DNA of 64,000 bases from a virus (Duplodnaviria > Caudoviricetes): the IMG/VR virus record IMGVR_UViG_2934384730_000002, positions 23,867 to 87,866 of that record. The stretch is one strand, 5' to 3'. The notes below the pieces were generated by a model that worked only from the letters and a program-made list of their open reading frames with translations, was not told where the DNA came from and did no database searches. The translations under genes were made by a program, and so were the position numbers. Of this stretch, positions 8,106-17,135 are shown in pieces (the stretch's first letter is position 1; every line of letters begins with the position of its first letter).

Positions 8106-11100
8106 TTAGGCGGCGGCGGAGACGGTGGCGGCCAGGCGCTCCACCTCCGCGCGTCGTTCGTCGGCCCGCTGCTGCTGCCGGCGGGACAGGGCGTCCAAGA
8201 GGGTGTCGAGGACGTCGGGGCTGTCGAGCGCGGCAGTCAGGGCCGGGGTCGGCACGGGTGCCGTGGCCGGGGCACCAGCGGCGGGAGCGGGGGCGGGGGT
8301 GGGCATGCCGCTCGCGGCGGACGCGGCGGACGCGGCCAGGGCGAGGTTCGAGCGCTCCACGGCGGCCGCGAGGAGCGGCGAGGAGTGCCCGGGCACGGGC
8401 ACGGACAGGACCGCGCGGAGCTGCCACCGGCCGTCGGCGCCCTGCCGCATGTGGTAGCTCGGCTGGCACGCCGTGAAGACGGTCCGGTCCCACGGGCTCA
8501 GCCAGGGAGCGGCTGCGCCGGAGAACCACAGCCCGCGCTCGTTCATGCCGGTGGTGATGACCGCAGCGACAGTCCGACTGTCGTCAAACTGGCACGACGC
8601 GGTGTCGCACTCGGCGCCGTCCTTGCTGTGGGGCACGTTCATGGTGAAGGCGCCGGCCTTGACGAACGTGCCGTCATCGAGCTTGAACCTCGCCCTCAGG
8701 AAGTGGGTCATGTCCAGCTCGCCCAGCGACTCCACAGTGAGGTTCCGGCCCGGGTACCCGGCGTGGGGTACCCCGGCCTGCGCCACCCACCCGTAGACCC
8801 GGCCGTCGGCGTAGTGCACGCCCCCGGAGCCGGGCGGGAGTTCGGCCTCGGTGGGCTCGCGGAACCAGGCGGCGGGCATGGGGTCGGCGTCGCGCATGGC
8901 GGTCCAGGCCGACGCGGCGAGGTCGGTGAGGACGTCGTCCGGCACCGGGTGGAGGCGCAGCGAGGCCGGGACGTCGGCGGGGGCGCCGGGCACGGTCCCG
9001 GCCGCCGCAGCCACCGAGGCCGACGCCTCGGTGCCGGGGCCGGCCGTCGCGCCGACGTACAGGCCGGGGCGGAGACGGACGAGGTCGCCGGCCTTGACCG
9101 CCGCGCCGAGGTGCTTCCGGGCGGTCGACACGGAGATGCCGAGGGCCTTGGCGACGTGCGCCGCGCCGACGGGGGCGGGCGCCGTACGGACGTAGGTGAC
9201 GACGCGGCGGCGGGTGGCCTCGCTGCTGGCCGTGACGTCGTCCAGGAGCGGGGGGCGGGCGGACGCTTCCCGCTCGGCCTCGTCGTCGTCCAGCGGGTCC
9301 AGGACGATCCGGGCCGCCGCGAACGCGGGGACGGCCACCAGGGTGGCGCCGCGGAGGCGGGCGCGGGTGATGCGGACGAGGAAGTCCCCGGAGTTCTCGG
9401 AGTGGACGACCACGCCGGTGTCGGGGTCGTCGGCGTCGCCGGCGGCGGCGGTGATCGCGTCGGGGAGCAGCCCCGTGCCGGCGAACGCCGAGGTGAGTGC
9501 GGAGGCGTTGACCTGTCCGCCGGGCCCGGTGATGAGCTGCACGGTGCGCCGGGTGCGGGAGAGGACCCCGGCGGAAGCAGCCCACTCGGCGGTGGGCTGG
9601 GCGGTGATGAGCCAGCCGCCGTCTTCCAGGGGCAGGAGCGACGCGGAGGCGAGGGACGCGGCCAGGACCAGGTTCCCGGCCTCGTCCTCGGCGAGGGTCT
9701 TGTCCACGAACTCCACGTCGACGTCGTCCAGGTCGACGGACACGCCGAGCGGGGCCTCTTCCTCCAGGAGGAGGGCGGCCTCGGCGCCGGAGCGCTGGGT
9801 GAGGTACAGGACGCCGCTGCCGGTGATGCGGTCCCCGTCCCGGCCCACGCTGGTGATCGCTCCGGCCAGCTCAGCGCCCTGGTGGCCGGACAGCATTTCG
9901 TCGGCGTACTGGAGGGGCCAGGGGCCGGCGCCGTCCCAGGAGAGCGCGCCCGGCCGGAAGACCCTCCCGTCGCCGGTGGTCTGGTTCTCGAAGGCGAGCG
10001 CCGTGCCGTCCGGCGTGCTCCACGCGCGGGTCGGCAGGCCGGCCGCCGTGGTCTCCTCAGTGGGCATGGGGGACCCTTCCTTTCTGAGGCCCCCGGAGGG
10101 CCTCACTCCATGGGCTGTTGCTCCTGTGCCGCCTTCAACCGGGCGCGCCGCTCCCGCTGTGCGGCAGCGGCCCTCGCCCGGTACTCCGGCGTGCTGCGGT
10201 GGGCCTTCGCTGAGGCCCGGCGCTTCGCCTTCGTCTCGTCGCTGCACTGGCGGTTCCGCAACTTGTCCGGGTTGGCCGCCGCCCACCGGCGCGTAGCCTC
10301 CCGCTGGCACTCCACGCACACGCCCCACCCCCGGCTGTCCCGCCGGTCGTACGGCCTCCTGTGCACGGAGCAAGTGGCCTGTTCCAGGCTCTCCGCGTGG
10401 TGGTCGCTGTGCTCCTGGACCGGAAGGACCACCAGGTGGTTTTCCTCCACGCACCGGGGCGTTTCGCACGTGTGGTGTACGTCCTCCTCCGGCTCGATAG
10501 GCCTCCCAAGTGCCGTGGCCGAGACGACCCGGATGGCGCTCACCTGGCGCTCCCGACCGTCGTTGATCCACACCCACGGGCGATCCTTCGACGGGGTGAG
10601 CGCCGTCAGCCGACAGCCGTTCGGCATGACCTTCGCCGCAGCCACCAGCCGGGCGGCCACTTCCGGGAGTACCGGGACCCTCGTTCCATGTCGCGTTGCC
10701 ATGCGCCCCATGGTCCCGCACGTGTGCGGCGCGCACATCACCCTGACGGGTGGCCTCGCCTGCGGATTCGTTGAGCAGGACGTCGATATGGTCCCCGCCG
10801 AACGCTAGACGGATGCGGTCGAACACGATGGGGCCGAGGCGCGCCTCCAGCTCCTCCAGCGGCCATGTCTTCCCGGTATAGATCGCACACACATGCGGAA
10901 TCCACGGGGAGTGTTGGGTGGGCAGCTCGGGGCGGTTGTGGGTGCCCTCCAGGGCGTCCGTGGCGAGGGCGTGGGCCTGGACGAGGGTGGGGGCGTCGTC
11001 GGGGGCGTCGCGGTCCCCGCCGACCGACCACACCCACGACGGGGAGTCGCTGCCGGCGTTCCAGTGGGCGGCGCCGAACGCCCGCGCGGTGATGGGGCCG

Positions 11101-12188
11101 CCGAGGTCCTGGACGCGGGAGCGGACGAGGTCCGCGAGCTCCTGGCGCTGCTCCTCGGTCCAGTCGCCGCCCTGGTCACCGAGGAAGTACAGGGTGAGGT
11201 GGAGCTCATCGGCCGCTTCGCCGCCGTCGAGGGCGAGGCGGGCGGCGTCGTCCTCGGTGGGGATGAGCGCGATCATGCCGCCCATGAGGTGGCTCCCGTC
11301 CGCCGCAGCCACGAGCGGCCCGGCATTCGAAGGTGTGGTGCCGTGGTGCGCCGACGATTCGTAAGAAGCCGTCCGTCCGGCGTCTTCGGAAGTGGGGGCG
11401 GCGGCGGAGGTGCGGCGTTCGGCGTGGGCGAGCCTCAGCACGCACCGGCAGTTCACGACGAGGGAGGCGGGGGCGGAGGGGTCGCCGGGTGCGTCCATGT
11501 CGTACCCGCCGACCCGGAACGGCTCATCGATCAGCCGGAGTTGGCCGTCCGCCTCGTCGTGGGCGTGCCGCACGCGCCGGTCGCCTCGGGTACGCCACTG
11601 CTTCACCAGGGGCCGGTCCGGGCCGGACAGCGCCCGGGCGGCCTCCAGGGTGGCGGTGTTCCAGGCGCGGGACGCCTCGGTGGCTGCGGTGCGCTCCTGG
11701 CGGCCCGCGCCGAGCTGCGGCCCGTCCTCCCGGAACCGGGTCAGGAGCCGCGCCCGGAGCTGGTCGACGTCCTCCCCGGCCTCCAGGCCCTCCGCGAGTT
11801 CCTGGCGGGCGACGTCCGCGAGGCGGTCCCCCACGGCGCGGAGCAGGTGCTCGGTGGTCTCCACGTACTGGCCGATGCCGGCGGGGAGTTCCCGGCCGTC
11901 CTCGTACCGGCCGGGGAGGTCGTCCCACGTGCCGTCGAGGTCGGCGTCCACGGAGTCGGCGGCCTGGTGCGCGGCGGTCTCCGCGACGCCGAGGAGCCGG
12001 GCGACGACCCGGGGCATGCGTGATGCCCACATGCGGGCGATGCGGCCGACGGAGAATCGGGCGGCGACCAGCTCGTCCGCGCCGGACACGGCGTCCGCGA
12101 ACTCCTCGGCCACCTCGGCGAGGACGTCCGCGACAACGCGGCTCACCTCCTCCTCTGCCTGCTGGAGCGTGGCCTCCTCATCGGCCAT
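8106..12188 (-). CDS. MuF-like minor head protein / 2H phosphoesterase / capsid maturation protease fusion (probable internal start at 10067)
   Basis: MuF motifs KQWRTRGDRRVRHAH...PGDP..VNCRC; HLTLYF...HVCA 2H pair; C-terminal protease-like part (TGDGRVF, GATLVAVPAF) with AGAAAGGAAGG RBS before ATG 10067. Confidence 0.8.
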   Translation of the reverse strand: MADEEATLQQAEEEVSRVVADVLAEVAEEFADAVSGADELVAARFSVGRIARMWASRMPRVVARLLGVAETAAHQAADSVDADLDGTWDDLPGRYEDGRELPAGIGQYVETTEHLLRAVGDRLADVARQELAEGLEAGEDVDQLRARLLTRFREDGPQLGAGRQERTAATEASRAWNTATLEAARALSGPDRPLVKQWRTRGDRRVRHAHDEADGQLRLIDEPFRVGGYDMDAPGDPSAPASLVVNCRCVLRLAHAERRTSAAAPTSEDAGRTASYESSAHHGTTPSNAGPLVAAADGSHLMGGMIALIPTEDDAARLALDGGEAADELHLTLYFLGDQGGDWTEEQRQELADLVRSRVQDLGGPITARAFGAAHWNAGSDSPSWVWSVGGDRDAPDDAPTLVQAHALATDALEGTHNRPELPTQHSPWIPHVCAIYTGKTWPLEELEARLGPIVFDRIRLAFGGDHIDVLLNESAGEATRQGDVRAAHVRDHGAHGNATWNEGPGTPGSGRPAGGCGEGHAERLSADGAHPVEGSPVGVDQRRSGAPGERHPGRLGHGTWEAYRAGGGRTPHVRNAPVRGGKPPGGPSGPGAQRPPRGEPGTGHLLRAQEAVRPAGQPGVGRVRGVPAGGYAPVGGGQPGQVAEPPVQRRDEGEAPGLSEGPPQHAGVPGEGRCRTAGAARPVEGGTGATAHGVRPSGGLRKEGSPMPTEETTAAGLPTRAWSTPDGTALAFENQTTGDGRVFRPGALSWDGAGPWPLQYADEMLSGHQGAELAGAITSVGRDGDRITGSGVLYLTQRSGAEAALLLEEEAPLGVSVDLDDVDVEFVDKTLAEDEAGNLVLAASLASASLLPLEDGGWLITAQPTAEWAASAGVLSRTRRTVQLITGPGGQVNASALTSAFAGTGLLPDAITAAAGDADDPDTGVVVHSENSGDFLVRITRARLRGATLVAVPAFAAARIVLDPLDDDEAEREASARPPLLDDVTASSEATRRRVVTYVRTAPAPVGAAHVAKALGISVSTARKHLGAAVKAGDLVRLRPGLYVGATAGPGTEASASVAAAAGTVPGAPADVPASLRLHPVPDDVLTDLAASAWTAMRDADPMPAAWFREPTEAELPPGSGGVHYADGRVYGWVAQAGVPHAGYPGRNLTVESLGELDMTHFLRARFKLDDGTFVKAGAFTMNVPHSKDGAECDTASCQFDDSRTVAAVITTGMNERGLWFSGAAAPWLSPWDRTVFTACQPSYHMRQGADGRWQLRAVLSVPVPGHSSPLLAAAVERSNLALAASAASAASGMPTPAPAPAAGAPATAPVPTPALTAALDSPDVLDTLLDALSRRQQQRADERRAEVERLAATVSAAA
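10103..10711 (-). CDS. HNH endonuclease nested in a different frame of the MuF fusion
   Basis: DVHHTCETPRCVEENHL HNH motif, CSVH...CVECQRE Zn motif, basic C-terminal tail. Confidence 0.8.
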   Translation of the reverse strand: MGRMATRHGTRVPVLPEVAARLVAAAKVMPNGCRLTALTPSKDRPWVWINDGRERQVSAIRVVSATALGRPIEPEEDVHHTCETPRCVEENHLVVLPVQEHSDHHAESLEQATCSVHRRPYDRRDSRGWGVCVECQREATRRWAAANPDKLRNRQCSDETKAKRRASAKAHRSTPEYRARAAAAQRERRARLKAAQEQQPME

Positions 12189-12420
12189 GGGTCACCTCTT
12201 CCGCCCGGGGGCCCGGGCACGAGTCGGGGTCGTGTGCTTGGGCCGGGCCGGCGGCGTGGAGGGCGTTGTCCCGTGCCCGCCACGCCACCAGCTCCGTGTC
12301 CGGCTCGATGCCGGGGCAGGCAGCGCACCAGCCGTGGGCGCGGTGCGCGGCGGCGGAGTGCCCGACCCGCGCTGTGTGGTCCAGGGGCCGGCCGTTCGGG
12401 GCTGTCGGCTGGTCAGCCAC
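12178..12420 (-). CDS. Small hypothetical protein (CxxC)
   Basis: Overlap-coupled to neighbours. Confidence 0.55.
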   Translation of the reverse strand: MADQPTAPNGRPLDHTARVGHSAAAHRAHGWCAACPGIEPDTELVAWRARDNALHAAGPAQAHDPDSCPGPRAEEVTHGR

Positions 12421-12616
12421 GGGAGGCCTCCCCGGGGCGGTGGAACGTCATCGGTTCCAGCTCCACCCGGTGGTCCTCGAAGAGGAGAACCGGGGTGATG
12501 ATTACGCCCGCCTCCTGGCCGGGAGGGGCGTCCTCAAGGGCCCGGGCGGCATCCGCGTAGATCTGGCGCCTGAAGTCGGCGAGGAAGTCCGCGAGCATGG
12601 TGGTGAGGTCAGCCAC
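12413..12616 (-). CDS. Small hypothetical protein
   Basis: Overlap-coupled, GGAGG RBS. Confidence 0.55.
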   Translation of the reverse strand: MADLTTMLADFLADFRRQIYADAARALEDAPPGQEAGVIITPVLLFEDHRVELEPMTFHRPGEASRG

Positions 12617-12830
12617 GGTCGGCCTCCCGGTCGTCGGGCTCGTCGCAGACCTCGCACCCGGCGTACGAGCCGACGACGGACACGCCGCCCCGGTCGAGGT
12701 AGAGGACTTCGCCGGTGAACCGGGTCCACGCCTTGCAGACGTGGCACCAGGCGGTGCGGGGCTCGCTGGCGGTCACGTAGACGGTGGCGGAGGCCAGAGG
12801 GGGCGGTACGGGCTGCTGGCGGGGCGTCAC
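12609..12830 (-). CDS. Small Zn-ribbon protein
   Basis: GTGA overlap with portal stop; WCHVC...CEVC. Confidence 0.55.
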   Translation of the reverse strand: MTPRQQPVPPPLASATVYVTASEPRTAWCHVCKAWTRFTGEVLYLDRGGVSVVGSYAGCEVCDEPDDREADRG

Positions 12831-14569
12831 GCGGCGACCGCCAGGCACGAGGCGCGGAGCGCGCCGGGGGTGAGGTCGTAGGCGTGGGGGATGCCTGCCG
12901 CGATCAGCTCGCGGCAGTAGGTGTCGAGGGTGTCGGCGAGGCAGTCGGGGTCGAGGCCGTGGCGGGCGGCGACGTCGGGCAGGCGCGGCCACGCCCCCTC
13001 CAGCAGGCCCCACTGCTCGACCTGTACGGCCTCGACGCGGAGCGCGGTGTGGAGGGCGGCGGGCTCGATCTCCCGGGCCCGGGCCCGTTCCGAGCGGGGG
13101 CACGCCGGGGTCTTGCGTAGCTTCTCCCCGGCGGAGGCGAGGGCGGCCCAGATCAGGGCGTCGGCGGCTTCCAGGACGGCTGTGGACGGCGCGGCGGAGG
13201 CGGGGAGGGTGTCCGGGGCGGGCAGGGTGTCCGGCTCGCTCTCGGACTCGTCCACGGGCAGGTCCGCCGGGCCCGGCTGGTCGTCGGCGGGGTCGGGTTG
13301 CGGGGCGCGCCTCTGCTCCTCCTCGGCGGTGGGGGCGTCGCTCTCGTCGAAGCCGGTCTCGCGGCGGAGCGCGGCGGCGCTGATGACGCCGCCGGCCTTG
13401 TAGACGTCCAGCGCGGTCTGGGAGCGGTTGCCGCGGACGCGGAGGCCGGAGGTGTCGGAGGCGACGACGTACCGGTGGGCGTCCTCGACGCCGTCGGCCT
13501 GGAGGATCGGGCGGAGCCACTGCGTGGTCAGGGCGTGGGTGACGGTGTCCAGGCGCGGCTGTACGCCGAGGGTGATCGCTTCTTCCTTCATGGCCCATAC
13601 GCCCCAGTGATTGAGGCCGGTGGAGCCGAGGAGGACTTCCGCGGGGACATCCATACCGGTCGCGAACCGGCGGATTGCCTCGTCCCGGAGCTTGAGCGCC
13701 AGCTCATCGAAGTCGGACTCGAACGTGAGGCGCTTGATGGCGGCGATGTGCTCCGGGGGCACCTCCAAGATCAGCGGGACCGTGGCCGCCGCCGACTCCG
13801 GCTCACGGATGGCGGTCTCCGCCACCTGCATGAACACCTCGATCAGGTCGTCTTCGGCGTCGCCCTGCACCGGAGTGGAGGGGAAGCGCGTGCCCTGGGG
13901 CACCAGGAGGACGCCGCGTCCGATGAGGCGGGACCGCGCGATCGCGGCCACGGCGGCGTTGAGGAGTTGCAGCTCCTCCAGGAGCACGAGGGACGCCCGT
14001 ACAGGGCTGTCGGCCTCCATGAACGTGCGGGGGTGGGGTTGCCAGACGCGAAGCGCGATGGGGTCGGTGTCCTCGCCGCCGCCGTCGGGGTCGGCCGGGG
14101 GGACCTCGACCGGCTCCCCCTCGATGTCCGTCACGAGCTTCTGCCCCTGCTTGCGGACCTCCTGGACGGACAGGACATGCCAGTCCTGCGTCCCGTCCTC
14201 CCGGGGCAGGACGACGATCCAGCCTTCACCGGGGACGACGAGGTGGGGACCGAACCGGCCGAGCAGCTGCGACTGGCCTTCGGGGCCGCCGGCGATGCCC
14301 GCGACGATCTCGGCGGCGCGGTCACCGGGCGGCACGGGCTCGATCGTCTTGCCGTCGTCGGCGAGGCGCCCGGCGTAGAGGGTGGCGGCGCTCATCGCGC
14401 CGGAGATCCACTGTGCGGCGAAGCGGACCTCGGGGGTGGTGTCGTAGAAGCTCCAGGCGCGGGACTGCCACCCGCTGTCGGTGCCCTTCGACTGCGTCTT
14501 GGTCTTGCGGGCGGTGTAGCGGGAGGCTGCGGCGGTGATGACGCGGCGCGGCGCTGCGGGGGCGGTCAC
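12827..14569 (-). CDS. Portal protein
   Basis: WQSRAWSFYDTTPEVRFAAQW N-terminus and NHWGVW motif; lies between terminase and MuF. Confidence 0.8.
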   Translation of the reverse strand: MTAPAAPRRVITAAASRYTARKTKTQSKGTDSGWQSRAWSFYDTTPEVRFAAQWISGAMSAATLYAGRLADDGKTIEPVPPGDRAAEIVAGIAGGPEGQSQLLGRFGPHLVVPGEGWIVVLPREDGTQDWHVLSVQEVRKQGQKLVTDIEGEPVEVPPADPDGGGEDTDPIALRVWQPHPRTFMEADSPVRASLVLLEELQLLNAAVAAIARSRLIGRGVLLVPQGTRFPSTPVQGDAEDDLIEVFMQVAETAIREPESAAATVPLILEVPPEHIAAIKRLTFESDFDELALKLRDEAIRRFATGMDVPAEVLLGSTGLNHWGVWAMKEEAITLGVQPRLDTVTHALTTQWLRPILQADGVEDAHRYVVASDTSGLRVRGNRSQTALDVYKAGGVISAAALRRETGFDESDAPTAEEEQRRAPQPDPADDQPGPADLPVDESESEPDTLPAPDTLPASAAPSTAVLEAADALIWAALASAGEKLRKTPACPRSERARAREIEPAALHTALRVEAVQVEQWGLLEGAWPRLPDVAARHGLDPDCLADTLDTYCRELIAAGIPHAYDLTPGALRASCLAVAA

Positions 14570-14892
14570 GAGGCGGCCTTGCGGGAGTCGTCCCAGCGGT
14601 TCAGGAGCGCGGCGGCGCCGGCGACCGCGAACCACAACAGGCCGACCTGGACCACGCGGTTGTCGGGCCACAGGAGCCAGGCGGCGAGGACGGCGCCGGT
14701 CAGCCACCAGCCGAGGCAGTAGATGCAGGAGATGAGGGTGACGACGAACGCCCGGGCGCTGGACTCGGGGCGGCGGGTCTGCCAGTCGAACACCTTGTCC
14801 CGGGCGGGGTCGAGGATGGCGTCATGTACGCCGAGTTGGGTGAGTCGATATCCGGCGAGCGCCAGGATTACGAGTTCCGGGATTGTGATCAT
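14566..14892 (-). CDS. DUF1360-like small membrane protein
   Basis: LAGYRLTQL..D.I..P.R...LISCIYCLGWW plus TM helices. Confidence 0.7.
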   Translation of the reverse strand: MITIPELVILALAGYRLTQLGVHDAILDPARDKVFDWQTRRPESSARAFVVTLISCIYCLGWWLTGAVLAAWLLWPDNRVVQVGLLWFAVAGAAALLNRWDDSRKAAS

Positions 14893-14928
14893 CGCTGCCC
14901 CTTGGTGATCGCCGTCATTCGGCGGAGC

Positions 14929-14944
14929 ATCATAGGCCAGCCGG
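14929..14944 (-). promoter_or_regulatory. Putative late promoter for the portal operon
   Basis: CCGGCTGGCCTATGAT (TATGAT -10). Confidence 0.55.
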
Positions 14945-15413
14945 AAAGGGCTCTCGCGGGCCGTTTCCGCTCGTCAGGAGGGGCGCGGGGCGGGAAAGTA
15001 CGCGTTTAGTGCGCAGTAATTCTGATCAATTCCGGGGGTAATTCCCAGGTGAATTGGGGTACGGAGCTGGCGCCGGGGGGCGACGGTTACGCAGATACAG
15101 CGTCCGGACTGCGCGGAAGTACGCTCCCCGCACCCGCCCGCCCCTTCCAGCACTCGGCCCCCGGGCCCCCTTGCGCGAGGGAGGCCGGGGGCCGAGGTGT
15201 TGCGGTACGGCTAGGCGGGCTTGTTCGTCGGCCGGCCGGTGTCGGGGCGCCGCGCCCACTCCCGGGGCCCGGAGGCCGGGCCGTTGAGGAGGGCGAGGCG
15301 CCGGGCGCGGGCGGCGACGGCCGGGCCGTAGCCGAGCGGGATGAACACCACCGGCGCGGTCGCCCTCGCTTGGTTCGGGGCGGGCGGTACCGCGCCGCCG
15401 GGCTGGGAGCTGG

Positions 15414-15788
15414 TCACCGGTCGCCCTCCGCCGTGGTGGTGCGCCCGCGCGGGGTGGCGTCGAGGGCGGTCTCCTCGTCGCTCGAGGTCTCCTCGCCGGC
15501 GGGCGCGGCGGTCTCGGGCGCAGCGGGGCGGGGGTGGCCGTAGCGCTCTCGGGCGGCGACGATGAGCGGCGGCCCGTAGGTGCTGACGAGGGCGGCGGCG
15601 TAGCAAGCGCCGGCCACCGCGACGGCCCCGCCGATGCCCTGCGCCCGCCCACGGGCCACGCCCGTCTTCAGGCCGTGGGCCACGCCCGCTTTGCGGCCCT
15701 GGTCGGCGTAGAACTGGAGGAGGCGGGCGGGGCCGCCACGCTGGGCGGCCTCCCGGGTGAGGACGGCGTACGGCCACGATGCGGCCAT
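15414..15788 (-). CDS. Hypothetical membrane protein
   Basis: GAAGGAG RBS; one TM segment. Confidence 0.6.
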   Translation of the reverse strand: MAASWPYAVLTREAAQRGGPARLLQFYADQGRKAGVAHGLKTGVARGRAQGIGGAVAVAGACYAAALVSTYGPPLIVAARERYGHPRPAAPETAAPAGEETSSDEETALDATPRGRTTTAEGDR

Positions 15789-16079
15789 GGGGCTCCTTCG
15801 GTGAGCTCTCGGGCTGGCGGGGGTGGGTGGCGTGATTCTTCCAGGAGCGGAGCGCGGTCGGCGCCGGAATGTGTCCCTCCGGGCCGGTGTGTCCCGGGGC
15901 GGGTGGGTCAGCGGTTGGCGCAGGCGGCCGCCCACTCGGTGATGAGCTGCGCCCGGACGCTCTTGCCGCCCTCCGTCTACCCGGTGCGGGGGCCGGCCTC
16001 CATAGCTGCGTGCCCTCGATTGGCTGGGCAGGCTGCCGGGCTGACGGCCCGAGCGAACAGAACCGGTTCCACAGTGACG

Positions 16080-16121
16080 CGTGCAGAGTTAGTTACCTCC
16101 AGGTGTAACTAACTCTGCACG
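16080..16121. repeat. Perfect 17-bp inverted repeat with 8-bp spacer
   Basis: CGTGCAGAGTTAGTTAC-CTCCAGGT-GTAACTAACTCTGCACG. Confidence 0.9.
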
Positions 16122-16376
16122 GCCCCGCCCTCTGGGAGAGTTCCAGGGCGGGGCCGTACGTGGTGGTGGCGGTTTCGGCCGGTCGGCATCTTGGCTACCC
16201 GATCTCGTGTCGGACCTCATCCGCCAGCGGCTGACCCCTGCACCGTCGAGCGCCGCACCCCGAGAGGAGTGAGTCGGGGAGTGGGTGCCGTTCTGCCCTT
16301 GGTCCCGATCGCGGCCGCAGGTACGCCCAGCCAGGCAGGGACAGCGTAGCGGCGGCCGCGGGGACTGCGGGAGGGA

Positions 16377-17135
16377 GTGCGAGAGCTCGTTCGGGGCGTG
16401 CAGGAGGCGCGGCGGGCACTTCCCTGGTTCACGCCACCAGGGGTGATCAGAATGGCTACGGTGTGCCCTTCCGACGTCGCAGGGGAGGTCGTGGTGGACG
16501 AAGCCTCGTGGAGGGTCGTCACGTTCGTGCTCGGTGCGGTCCCGATACTCGGTGCGGTATGGCTCGTGGCGCGTTACGTCCTGCTCCTCAAACGGGAAGG
16601 AGCAGCGAGCAGCGTCCCCCGGTACCGCCCCATCACGACCATCCACGATCGCGAACACCTCATAGTGGTCAGGGGGGAGATGACCAACGTGCTGATGAGG
16701 CTCGCCGACTCCACCGCCAGCACTGCGGGCGAGTGGGTGCGCTACGAACGGGACACGGGCACAAGGGGTGGCGGGCCCAGGGGCCTAGGGGACGCGGGGG
16801 AGGCATCCGCGGAAGCTCTGGACCGGCTCTTCTTGGCATTCACGCACGGCGACCCGTTGACCGATGACGCGCTTGACGACTACCCCCGCGAGAGGTCGCG
16901 GCGCCTTATCCATGAGGCGCGCCTCCTGCCCGGCCACTCGGTTTCACTGGGGCGGGGCGAGGGCGACCCGCTGTCGGGCCTGTCGGCGGAGGAGCTGGTC
17001 CGGGCTGCGGAGGCGAGCCACCGGAGCGTCGACCGGGCGTTGGCGGAGCTGATGGTTCGTCTTGGGCCGCCTCCACACCCGGTCGAGCGTGCCCTCCAGC
17101 CCACGGGCACCGGCGATGGCGGGGCGCAGTCATGA
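16377..17135 (+). CDS. Hypothetical membrane-anchored protein (moron-like; true start probably near 16452-16494)
   Basis: One TM helix; opposite strand to the phage operon; ATGA-coupled to the next gene. Confidence 0.55.
   Translation: MRELVRGVQEARRALPWFTPPGVIRMATVCPSDVAGEVVVDEASWRVVTFVLGAVPILGAVWLVARYVLLLKREGAASSVPRYRPITTIHDREHLIVVRGEMTNVLMRLADSTASTAGEWVRYERDTGTRGGGPRGLGDAGEASAEALDRLFLAFTHGDPLTDDALDDYPRERSRRLIHEARLLPGHSVSLGRGEGDPLSGLSAEELVRAAEASHRSVDRALAELMVRLGPPPHPVERALQPTGTGDGGAQS

Noticed and set aside
10067-10800. Intein in the MuF/protease fusion
   Set aside because: The HNH is in a different frame, and no C/S start or HN-C/S/T end is visible in the host frame.
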